Source of the DNA: Candidatus Eremiobacteria bacterium
GTDB taxonomy: Bacteria > Vulcanimicrobiota > Vulcanimicrobiia > Vulcanimicrobiales > Vulcanimicrobiaceae
Direction of reading: 5' to 3'
Assembly: GCA_963737065.1 (NCBI GenBank)
Contig: CAVTRC010000001.1
Span: 32,001-96,000, forward strand
Length of the DNA: 64,000 bases
The notes beneath the pieces were generated by a model. The model worked only from the letters and a program-made list of their open reading frames with translations, searched no databases and was not told where the DNA came from. A program made the position numbers and the translations under genes. The first letter of the stretch is position 1; each line of letters opens with the position of its first letter. Positions 43,790 through 53,334 of this stretch are shown here, piece by piece.

Positions 43790-44477
43790 GGACTCCCGGC
43801 GAGTCGTATAGATAACCATCTATTTTCGAGCGGCGCGCGCTGCTAAGACCGGCGCGTTGAAGGATCGAGTCGATCGCGGCGTAGTCAGCTGACACCCCTT
43901 CCGGGGCAATGTCACGGAACACACCCAACTCCAGCCGTAACATGCTCATCGCGCGTTCGTCGAGGCGCGTAATTCTGTTGTAGCGGTATTCTCGTTTTGT
44001 TTTTAACTTGTCCGCTTGGATCGCCGCGACATACTGCTCGCGCGCCTTCGTATCTTGGATATTTTTCGGGTCGGTGCAGGGCGGAAGTGATCGCCCATCC
44101 GGTTCTCGGGGTGGGATTATACAACCCTGTGGGCGGTTTTTGGGGTCGAGAGGATCATAGCCCGGTTCATAGGCCTTTTCGATCACCGCAAGCACGTTCG
44201 CCCATCCTTGCACGAAGCTTCGACGGGTCGCGATGAAGTTGTTAGGTGTCAGTAACTGAACGTCGACGGAACCATCCATCGCGTCCTCTGCAGTTTCAAG
44301 ATCATCGAGCGAGTGCGACGTTTCATATCGCTGCAACGCTTGAGCAGACGAATTGACATGAGTTGACGTAAGCGCTTCTGCTGCGACCATGCGAGTATCG
44401 GCGATAGATACACCCTCGCACCACATAGACATTATCAGGAACCCAGCAATGACGCGTGGACGTGCAATAGTAATCAT
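43764..44477 (-). CDS. exported hypothetical protein
   Basis: N-terminal hydrophobic segment; 6 bp after upstream ORF. Confidence 0.65.
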   Translation of the reverse strand: MITIARPRVIAGFLIMSMWCEGVSIADTRMVAAEALTSTHVNSSAQALQRYETSHSLDDLETAEDAMDGSVDVQLLTPNNFIATRRSFVQGWANVLAVIEKAYEPGYDPLDPKNRPQGCIIPPREPDGRSLPPCTDPKNIQDTKAREQYVAAIQADKLKTKREYRYNRITRLDERAMSMLRLELGVFRDIAPEGVSADYAAIDSILQRAGLSSARRSKIDGYLYDSPGVLKVHRRRA

Positions 44478-44483
44478 CCTCAG

Positions 44484-45455
44484 TTACTGCCCTGGATAAC
44501 TTGAAGTTGGATTATTTACCGCGCTCGTTGCGCTATTATGGTCCTTCGAGAGCGTAAGTGCACCAGCGGTGTTTCCCGTCGCCTGTTGCGTTATTGTGGG
44601 TCCGAAAGTGCGCCAATTCCCAACTAGACTGTACTGCGTCGGGATAGGAGCCGTCTCTACACTATTCTGGAATTGATTGCCTGGGCACGAGCCCGAGTAA
44701 GCGTTATCGGTTCTGCTGAGCAACGTGCCACGACCGGGCACGACCGTCGTAGTCATCGGCTGCCCTGGCGCCGGTGTAAGGGGACCGCTTTGGCACCACC
44801 AGTCGCCGGGGTTTGTTGCGGTTGTCATCGCAGAGCCTTCTTGCTCGCTTACGGCCGCGAACGAGACGCTATCCGGGTACAGGTAAACGTTAGAATTAAA
44901 GCCGATGTCTGCTAAGCCTTGCGTGTGTCGAAGGAGCCCGTCGCCAAAATAATAAGCTTGCGATGGCGCGATCACCGTGACTGTCAAATCAGTTTCTTGA
45001 CACCCTTTGGTTCCGAGCCCGTACACGGCGACGTCGATTGTCCCCGGAGTATTTACATCGGTTAAGTCCCCCGCAGTTATCGTTGCAGGGGTTCTTGAGC
45101 TGCTCAGGTGATCGGTAGTCCCTGTCGGGGTCGCAATAATCATGTTCGAGCCATTCGATGAAATCTGAACCTGCTCGCCGACGCCAATCGTCGTGCGATT
45201 CTGCGGTTGAGGCTCAGTATCGACATCAGTTAACATAAGCGTGCAAGACGGATTTCCGCCGCTGCCGCCGCTTCCGCCTCCGCATTTATAATAATTACCG
45301 TCTTTATAGCACAGTGACTGCGGCGTCACGCGAAACCTGCCGCTATCCCGGCTGGTATAATCGTGCATTACCGGGACCGAAGACTGACGGCCGCCACAAG
45401 CCACTAAAGTGGAGAGCAGGCCAAGTGCGGCTATGAGCGGCGCAATGAGTCGCAT
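44484..45455 (-). CDS. hypothetical lipoprotein
   Basis: LVAC lipobox, GAGG RBS, Gly linker, RTTIGVGEQV motif. Confidence 0.7.
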   Translation of the reverse strand: MRLIAPLIAALGLLSTLVACGGRQSSVPVMHDYTSRDSGRFRVTPQSLCYKDGNYYKCGGGSGGSGGNPSCTLMLTDVDTEPQPQNRTTIGVGEQVQISSNGSNMIIATPTGTTDHLSSSRTPATITAGDLTDVNTPGTIDVAVYGLGTKGCQETDLTVTVIAPSQAYYFGDGLLRHTQGLADIGFNSNVYLYPDSVSFAAVSEQEGSAMTTATNPGDWWCQSGPLTPAPGQPMTTTVVPGRGTLLSRTDNAYSGSCPGNQFQNSVETAPIPTQYSLVGNWRTFGPTITQQATGNTAGALTLSKDHNSATSAVNNPTSSYPGQ

Positions 45456-45665
45456 TTCACAACCTCGCTAACGCCACGCCCTCGCGCGGCAAACTAGCAC
45501 ATCTACGACAGGCGCTGAGGTATCAAGGAAGCCAAGGAAATTCGTTGCGGTTTGCGCGTACGCGAAATTTATTCTACGCCCACACTTTTACACCGTGCGG
45601 TGATGATATACCTAATCGGAATGTGAGGCAAGAGGACGAACCATCTTGCTTGCTAATAAGACTTT

Positions 45666-46925
45666 AGAGTAGCCCCTTAAATCCCCGGACACGGCAAGTC
45701 TCCATCTAAGTGTTAGGAGAATGCCTGTGTTTATGCCTAGTTCGAGAGAGACCATTGACGTTATGACGTCGGTCCAGCGTCGTCGCCGCTGGTCGGCGAA
45801 CGAGAAGGTGCGTATCGTCAACGAGACCTATCAGCCCCGCGCGTCAGTTTCGGCCGTCGCCCGTCGTCACGGCATCGCGCCGAACCCGCTCTTCCAATGG
45901 CGCCGTCTTGCAGCGCAGGGGGCGATATCTGCCGTCGGTGCCAGCGAAGAGCTCGTTCTGGCCTCAGAATTTTAGTCGCTGCAACTGCAGAACGGTGAAC
46001 TCCAGCGGCTGCGCGGTGAGAAACGATGGAGAACGAGATTGTTCACGAAGCGCTCGCATTCGGCGCATCAAAAAAGTGCATATCGCACGCGCCGCCATCG
46101 TTGCCGCCCATCCACGACGAACAGCAGCGACGGTTGCGCGTCCGATTGGTACTTGTCGTTCCGTACTCACGGTTAAGCTGAAGAGCGGCAAGCGTCGTGT
46201 AAAGCGTTGCCAAGTCGCGAGCTTCTCGAAGAGATTCGTGCGGTTATCGAGGAGCGCTCCAGCTATCGATATCGTGCGTGAGCATACTTCCACGTAGGCG
46301 ACGTCTGCGCGGCGAGCTTGGACGGAATCGCAAGCGCGTGTACCGCGTAATGAAGGCGAACGGGTTGCTACTGGAACGTTCCACCAGTGATACCGGCGAA
46401 CGGCACCATGATGGAAGATCGCCGTTGCGGAAAGCAACTTGCGCTGGTACTCCGACGGCTTTTACGATTTCATGCGATACTGGCGAACGCGTGAATGTTG
46501 CATTTACGCTCGATTGTTGCGATTCGCGAAGCGATGGATGGAAATCGGCACGTCCGGTGTGATCGCGGGCGATCATATCCGCTTCTTGATGATCGCGAGC
46601 ATCAAGAAGCCATTCGTCGGTGAGACGCCCGAACACGCGATTCAATGGCTTTCGAACAACGGCTCAATGTATACGGCACGCGATACGCGCAACTGCGGTC
46701 CTATGATCGGTCTCAGTCGTCGACGCAGCGTCCGTCCGAAGCCCACAATCGATCGGGATGGCCGAAGCGTTCGTCTAGACAATGAAGCGAGATTATGTCG
46801 CTGTGCACGGAGCTCCGGACGCGATCACCGTGCTTAAGAATCTTCCTCGATCGATTGAGGAGTACAACGAAAATCAGCCGCACAAGGCTCTCGGATATCG
46901 GTCGCTAAGAAAATTCAGACGCTCA
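45666..46925 (+). pseudogene. degenerate IS3-family (IS2-like) element
   Basis: tagagtagcccc..ccggacac end; RRRRWSANEK..IV.ET..P..SVS.VARRHGI; heavily frameshifted orfB (NRKRVYRVM, QWLSNNGS.YTA). Confidence 0.8.
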
Positions 46926-46929
46926 AAGC

Positions 46930-47430
46930 TAAGTAAGATCGCCTGAACGGAATTTTACCGGCAACTCCAGCCGCACCGCGCACCTGTTTGCACGGTTTGT
47001 CCGCTCTCGCGCCAGACGGTCTCGTGATCGTATCGAAGCCGAAGGTGCGCTGAACCGTAGCGAGCCGGAACTCCGAAAGGCGATTGCTTTCGCGCAGCAC
47101 AGTTTGCGCGACTGAGCGGGCATCGTTATCGTCTGACTTTCCGCGCTGCGTGCTGGCACGTCGATTATGCTTGGTGCATACGCCGGCAACTTCGACACGA
47201 GTGCGCGGCGGCGGCCCAGTGAATCGCAAACGCATATCCGTATAGAGACGGACCCTTCGACTCCCCAAACGCAACAGCCGAGCTTCGAGCTTCCGCAACC
47301 GCGCTCTCGTAGCTCTCAGTGTTCGTCAGAAATCTTAGGCTTCCAAGAGCCTGGCCGGCGGAATCGATAAAACCGGCGGTGTTCGTAGATTTATGGCAAT
47401 AAAGCCGGCAACAACTCGCAAGTGTGCGTG
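46930..47430 (-). pseudogene. IS110 recombinase remnant related to 40101-41174
   Basis: CHKSTNT..FIDSAGQAL and TKHNRRASTQRGKSDDNDARSVAQTVLRESNRL fragments. Confidence 0.8.
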
Positions 47431-47653
47431 CGCGTTCGAAGGTGTCCACGAAACTCGAACCAGCCGAGACGTCGATCACCAAGCACTTGTTGGGCGCGCC
47501 ACGAGCGTGCCATAAGAACGACACAAGAATACGGCGTGGTTTGAATAGGTGTACCTTACCAGTAATAGCTAAATTGTCGTGGTGACGTGACGTGTGCATA
47601 ATGTGACTTAAGAGTTCGTAAATTCCTAGCCGCACAAACAAAAAAGGCCGAGG

Positions 47654-47672
47654 AAAAGCCGCCGGCTTTTTT
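47654..47672. terminator. short intrinsic terminator-like hairpin
   Basis: aaaagccg-c-cggctttttt; loop is very short. Confidence 0.35.
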
Positions 47673-48504
47673 ATTGACGGATTCTCAGGATGCGCCCGCT
47701 ATTTGGAACGTCGCGTGTACGCCATGAGCGCATCATTGGTGAAATTAACGTTTGAAACACGGCGTGTACACGTCGAAGATCGTTAGACCGATCGCGCGAC
47801 CGTAATGCGGTTCGCTGCCTCCACCTTGGATTACGGATCCCGCCGGCAAGAGGCGCTCCGCCGATCGCGCGTGATGCTTGTCGAAACCGACCGCGAGCGT
47901 GCCGTGCAGGACCGTATATATCGCGTAAATGTTATGGTTCGTATGCCACGGATAAATGAAACCCGCGGGAAAACTTCATTCGAACCAAGTTGTCGCAGAC
48001 ATCCGAGTTCCTCCCGCGAATCACCGCATAAAAGCTTCCGGTCCCTTTCCCGGTATCAGCGATCCAGTGTACCTGGTTCGGAAGCGTATACGTGGTTTGC
48101 GAGGCGGCGCCGGCTGCACGCCAAGAGCGCAGATCGCAATCGCGGCCGGCAAAGCTAAGCGAAAACGGAAACGACCCATTTTACTCCTTTTCAAATTGGC
48201 ACTTACCCCATCTCGCAAAGCACTGGAGATTTCGCGGCGCCAAGCGTGAGCAGCGCGTACGCGCTTCGGATTCGGTGCGTCACTAGCGAAAGCGTTTCTA
48301 CTTCTCGGGAGAGATAGCGGGTGGTCTCCGTTCGGTGCGCAAGCGATGAAGCCTATCAAAACTTCGCGCATCGTAATCGACAGCAGCACTGCGCCGAAGA
48401 ACGGACGGGTCTTCTCGTCGCATTCAAACGGCTCGTGCCATCCTTCTTCGTGGTCTGTGAATCACCGAAACGAAACGATGCGAACGCGTGTTGACTCGAG
48501 GATG

Positions 48505-48594
48505 ATAATGGGACTTAGGAGATGGGCATGCCGCATAATCGGACTTACAGTGATAATGTCACTAGCGCCTAGCTAAATAGCTAAAGAGCTTAAA
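48505..48594. repeat. island right-end repeats
   Basis: ATAATGGGACTTA 48505-17, ATAATCGGACTTA 48535-47, ATAATGTCACTA 48553-64, then TAGCTAAA TAGCTAAA GAGCTTAAA. Confidence 0.75.
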
Positions 48595-48600
48595 CGTCCG

Positions 48601-48676
48601 GAATCCCATTTGATGCAACGTTCTCGCCTCTGATGGGACGCTCACGAACGCATGAAGAGGCAGCGCTCGCGCTGCC
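48601..48676 (+). repeat. imperfect direct copy of island left end (30334-30408)
   Basis: gaat.ccatttgatgca...tctgatggg.cgctc...aacg followed by a ggca..tgcc hairpin in both copies. Confidence 0.8.
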
Positions 48677-48813
48677 TTTGTTTAGGCAGTGAAGGATGCA
48701 CAGAGACCGGGACAGGAAGCTGGTTCCGTCAGCAAGCCCAAACCTTGCGCGGGAGCGGCGCTCTATAGAAACCCCATAGAGTCAAACAACCGCTTCTGGA
48801 GAAAGAAAGTCGA

Positions 48814-49497
48814 GTGATTGATGTCACGAGTGCTAAGGCGCGCCGACGCTTCTATCTGGAGCGTGGGATGCGCAAACGACCGAGCGGGGGCGGCAGCAAT
48901 TTCGCATTTCTCATGGCGCTTCCAAGAACTCCACTTCCGATGAAGCCGGAAGAGATCTTCGAAGACGTCGCGTTCGTCGTGATAGGCGGTGTTGCAACGC
49001 GTGCTTACGCTCCCGAGCGTTCCACCAAAGACATTGACTTCATGGTTGAGCACGACCGTTTCCAAGATGCCACTACGCAACTGCGTACGCACGGGTTTAC
49101 CAAAGTAACCGAACTATTTTTTCCAAACACGACGCTTGGACTCCACGGCGAAGCGTGGACTAAGGATTCACTTGAGATAGACATTATGTCTAGTCCGCAG
49201 GAATGGTGCAAAAAGGCCTTCGGTGGACGAGTTGAAGACGAAACCGGACTTCGCGTTATTCCCCTGCCATATCTTGTGCTCATGAAATTCGACTCAGCAC
49301 GAGGTATCGATCAGGGCGATCTTACACGAATGCTAGGTCCGCTTGACGACGAGAAGATCGAACAAATCGTTAGAGTCGTCGAACGGTATTCCGGCGATCC
49401 CGGTGCAGGCGATGAAATCCGTCAATATGCTCTACTTGGTCGTTGGGAGCTTCAAAATAGCACTCGCAAAGCCAAACGAGGAGATGCTGCACGATGA
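48814..49497 (+). CDS. Pol-beta superfamily nucleotidyltransferase (start uncertain)
   Basis: VVIGGVA...Y...RSTKDIDF, LVLMK...R..DQGD. Confidence 0.75.
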   Translation: MIDVTSAKARRRFYLERGMRKRPSGGGSNFAFLMALPRTPLPMKPEEIFEDVAFVVIGGVATRAYAPERSTKDIDFMVEHDRFQDATTQLRTHGFTKVTELFFPNTTLGLHGEAWTKDSLEIDIMSSPQEWCKKAFGGRVEDETGLRVIPLPYLVLMKFDSARGIDQGDLTRMLGPLDDEKIEQIVRVVERYSGDPGAGDEIRQYALLGRWELQNSTRKAKRGDAAR

Positions 49498-49692
49498 TCC
49501 TTCTCTTGCGGTCACCGCGCAGTCGAACGTGCAATCATGCGACTTACCGCTCTCGGCGACCGCATTATGTTCCTTACGGCGTCTCAATAACCACGCGACC
49601 GAAATCGCACTTCCGTCTGTAAACGGTACGAGAGCCCACCGGTAAGGCGTGCGAAGGGCTGCGCGAGACCGCAAGCCAACGCCTATCACGTA

Positions 49693-49944
49693 ATGGCGAA
49701 ACAACATCTTCGCGCGGGTCCCGTTCACAGTATGCCTACGGACCTTCGCAAAGCGATCGACTCCGACTCGATTGCGAAGGAAATGTGGGCGGATATTACT
49801 CCGCTGGCACGCAATGAATGGATCTGTTGGGTTACGTCAGCGAAGAAAGACGAAACTCGGGAACGACGCATTACCGTCGGGCTTGATAAACTGCGCAAAG
49901 GTATGCGCCGACCGTGCTGCTGGCCGGGTTGCCCGCACCGATAG
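49693..49944 (+). CDS. YdeI/OmpD-associated family protein
   Basis: P.DL..A, TPLARNEWICWVTSAKK.ETR.RRI, RPCCWPGC. Confidence 0.8.
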   Translation: MAKQHLRAGPVHSMPTDLRKAIDSDSIAKEMWADITPLARNEWICWVTSAKKDETRERRITVGLDKLRKGMRRPCCWPGCPHR

Positions 49945-49950
49945 CGCGTT

Positions 49951-51172
49951 TCACCGATCGCGTACAAAAGCGATTGTACGCGGGTGCCATGCAAAGCGAT
50001 CGCTGCGTGGAACGTAGCCGTAGTAGCCGATGCCACGGTCCGGCAGGTTTGCGACGTCTCGTGTCTGCCGGGTGTCTAGATCGTATTCCCGCAGCCGATC
50101 GTGCGAAACAAACAGCAGGCGACTCGCGGTGATCCACGTCGGCCAAGACACATCCGTACCTGCTTCGCTCACGGTTACCGCGCCCTCCGGAGAACGCGCA
50201 GGCGCGAGAACCAGCCGCCGTGTGTTGTTCCAAGCATCCCATCCTGCAATCGCGCGCGGTCCTTGCCCTGCGTGAAGTTCGGCGGCGCGTACGAACGCCA
50301 CGTACTCACCACTTGGCGACCACGCCGGATCCAAATCGACGAAGCCCGGCTTGTGATTCCACGACGCGCATGCCGCGGTACGAATCGTGCAGCGGACTAA
50401 ATGCTCGGAATTGAAAATTTCACGCGTCTCGCCTGCGATCGCGGCGAACGCGCGCCCGCCGGGCGCAAAGGAGATCCAATCGCGCAGAGGATATGCGGCG
50501 ATCGGAAACAGTGCGACGACCGGCGGTGCGGTTCGCGGTAACCAAACCGCGACGTCGTGGCGAACAGCGGAGAGCGAAATCATTCCGAGAGGCACGGTGT
50601 CGGACATCAATGAGGCCGAATGCTGCGGGTCGTTCCAGAAGAGCGCGGTCGCTCCGTCACGCGCAAGTCCCGGCAAGATCCAGATCATCATCATCGCTAG
50701 CGTGCACCTGAACGGAGAGCGCGCCGTTACTCGCAAGCAGCGTCGCGGGCCCGGGCAGCCCATTGGACTGCGCCGCTCCCGCTTTCACCTGGAGTAACCA
50801 ATGCCCGTCGGTTGTCCTCTGCGTACGCGTGCACATCGGCAGCGGTTCGGGACAGTAAGGCGCCGGATCCGGCACGATCTCATCGCGACGCGCGCCAATA
50901 TCGTAAACGTGGAATGCACCGGCGGAACGGAATTGTAAGCGGCTTGCATTGTGTGAGAATGCGATCGCCGTCGCATCCGTACGCGGCGTGACGACGATCG
51001 GCGTCCGTCCGGAACGGCAGAGGATCAAACCGTTTGTGCCCGCGAACGCAATACTGCCCGGCAGATTAGACGGACATGCCGGCGACGCGTGCGCGATCTT
51101 TTGTCCCGCGCAAACGAACAGCGAAATGCCCGCCACAGCGGCAAGAACCCACATCGCCTTACCTATGCCCAT
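49951..51172 (-). CDS. exported TolB/PD40-like beta-propeller protein, frameshift near 50770
   Basis: signal peptide; AFSHN, SFAPGG, PAWSPSG, PTW repeats across two frames. Confidence 0.6.
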
Positions 51173-51392
51173 CGCTTCTCCTCGTTGACTAAAGAGCGAT
51201 GCGGTCAGGCCGGTCTGCCGTCCTGCTCATCACGACGGTATAGCAACGTCGCGATCGTCGCCGTAGCGAACTCGTCGGCAACATGCTGCCCGCCGCAAAC
51301 GACGCTCGTCGCGTACGATGTTATACGCGCAGCTTGTCGAAGAGACCACGCAACAGAAACGCCGTGTTAATTCGACAAGGAGAGCGCGGTTA

Positions 51393-53321
51393 ATGCTTAG
51401 ATCCCGATCGCTTATTGTCGCGTCGCTCGTGTTGCTAGCGGCAGTTGCGCCTCGTGCAGCCGCCGCGTTCACGCTGGCGCCGTCCGACGCGACGCAATCC
51501 GACCCGGTGATACTCGACGTCGATGCGACGCAGGCATCGCGCGGCATTCTCTTCGTGCACGAAACGATTCCCGTCAGCGCGTCGGAGTATAAACTGGTCT
51601 ATCCGAAATGGATTCCTGGCGAGCACGGCCCGACCGGACCGTTAAACGACTTAGCGGCGCTTCGCGTCAGTGCCGGCGGTAAACCGCTCGCGTGGCGCCG
51701 CGATACGATCGACATGTGGGGATTTCATGTTGCGGTGCCGCGCGGCATACGAAAGATCGATGTTGACTTCGACGTGCTGATGAACGGGCCGGACGACGTA
51801 ATGGCGTCGGGCGACGTCGCGGTCTTGAATTGGAACCGCGCCCTGCTCTATCAAGACGGCGTCAACTCGCATGAGTATTTCGTGCGTCCGTCGATCGCCT
51901 TGCCGAATGACTGGCAGTACGGAACGGCATTGCAAGGGATGCGCTCGAGCAATCGGGTCGACTTCCCGGTCACTGCGCTTAATATGCTTGTCGACTCGCC
52001 GCTCGATATGGGCCGATTCGTCAAAAAATGGACGCTTTCCGATATCAACGGGACGGATGTCGAGCTCGATGCGTTCGCGGACGCGCCGCAAGATCTCGAC
52101 GTACCCGCTAAACTGCTCGACGCATACAAGCGGGTCCCGGCCGAAGCATTTGCCCTCTATGGATCGCATCATTTCACCGCATATCATGCACTGCTGACCC
52201 TGACGAACGAGATTGGGTTCCAGGGGATCGAACATCACCAATCGAGCGACGATCGCGCTCCGGCGCAGTTCTTGACGAATCCCGACGAGTCACTTGCGAG
52301 CGGCGATCTCGTCACACATGAGTTCTCTCACTCCTGGAATGGAAAGTATCGCCGTCCCGAAGATTTGACGACGCCGAACTTCCAAGTCCCCATGCAGACG
52401 GATTTGCTCTGGGTCTACGAAGGCATGAACCAATATCTGGGCGATCTGCTCTCCTTCCGATCGGGCATTCGCCACTATAGAACGTATCCGCAATATTTGG
52501 CGATGATCTACGCCGAAATGGATACGGAGACCGGCCGCGACACGACGCCGCTCATCGATCTCACGACCGGCGCCCCATATTATTACGAAGCGGGAGGTCA
52601 GTATCACGCCATACGGCGTAGCGCGGGCGACTTCTACACCGAAGGCGAGTTGGTGTGGCTCGACGCGGACACGGTCATTCGCGAACGATCGCACGGCGCG
52701 CGATCGCTCGATACGTTCCTGCACAAGTTCACGGCGCCGGAGGTAACCGGACCGGTCACGCAAACGTACACCCGCGCCGAAGTGGAATCGCTGCTGAACT
52801 CCGTTGAGCCTTACGATTGGCACGGATTCTTCGAGAAGCGAATCTACGACGTGGCACTCCATCCGCCCACGCAAGACCTCGCTCGCGCGGGTTGGAAGTT
52901 CGTCTATACCGACAAGCCGAACGAATACATTACCGCAGATATGAGCCGCGACGATGGACCGCCGCACATCGATGCCTGGTACGATATCGGTGTCATGATG
53001 AGCGGTGAGGGCAAAGTTACCGACGTACGATACGGCTCGCCTGCGTGGCAAGCGGGGTTTGCGGTCGGCATGACGATCGACGCGATAAACCGCCAGCATT
53101 TCACCTCACGCGTGCTCGATTACGAGCTGCGCCAGGCAACGCGCACCACGGCCCCGATGACGATCGCCGTCGACATGGCGGGTTGGTTCCAAATACTCAA
53201 CCTCAATTATCATGGGGGTCCACGCTACCCGCACCTCGAGCGCGTTGCGGGCACACGGGATATGCTTGCCGACATTATGCGTCCGCACGCGGAACTTGAT
53301 GCGAGAACCCCTGCGCGGTAA
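51393..53321 (+). CDS. M61 family glycyl aminopeptidase with PDZ domain
   Basis: YPKWIPGEH, LVDSP, GIEH, HEFSHSWNGK, LWVYEG, YTEG. Confidence 0.92.
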   Translation: MLRSRSLIVASLVLLAAVAPRAAAAFTLAPSDATQSDPVILDVDATQASRGILFVHETIPVSASEYKLVYPKWIPGEHGPTGPLNDLAALRVSAGGKPLAWRRDTIDMWGFHVAVPRGIRKIDVDFDVLMNGPDDVMASGDVAVLNWNRALLYQDGVNSHEYFVRPSIALPNDWQYGTALQGMRSSNRVDFPVTALNMLVDSPLDMGRFVKKWTLSDINGTDVELDAFADAPQDLDVPAKLLDAYKRVPAEAFALYGSHHFTAYHALLTLTNEIGFQGIEHHQSSDDRAPAQFLTNPDESLASGDLVTHEFSHSWNGKYRRPEDLTTPNFQVPMQTDLLWVYEGMNQYLGDLLSFRSGIRHYRTYPQYLAMIYAEMDTETGRDTTPLIDLTTGAPYYYEAGGQYHAIRRSAGDFYTEGELVWLDADTVIRERSHGARSLDTFLHKFTAPEVTGPVTQTYTRAEVESLLNSVEPYDWHGFFEKRIYDVALHPPTQDLARAGWKFVYTDKPNEYITADMSRDDGPPHIDAWYDIGVMMSGEGKVTDVRYGSPAWQAGFAVGMTIDAINRQHFTSRVLDYELRQATRTTAPMTIAVDMAGWFQILNLNYHGGPRYPHLERVAGTRDMLADIMRPHAELDARTPAR

Positions 53322-53334
53322 CGACACCTCCAGT

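Noticed and set aside
47591..47618. Chromosomal dif site
   Set aside because: XerC-like half is present but the right half lacks TTATGTTAAAT; better explained as an island motif
47702..47769. 19-bp imperfect direct repeat (tttggaacgtcgcgtgtac / tttgaaacacggcgtgtac) as a mini-CRISPR
   Set aside because: Only two degenerate copies and no associated genes
48021..48420. GAF-like membrane-protein C-terminal fragment
   Set aside because: Weak resemblance (LIGFIACAP) with no intact frame
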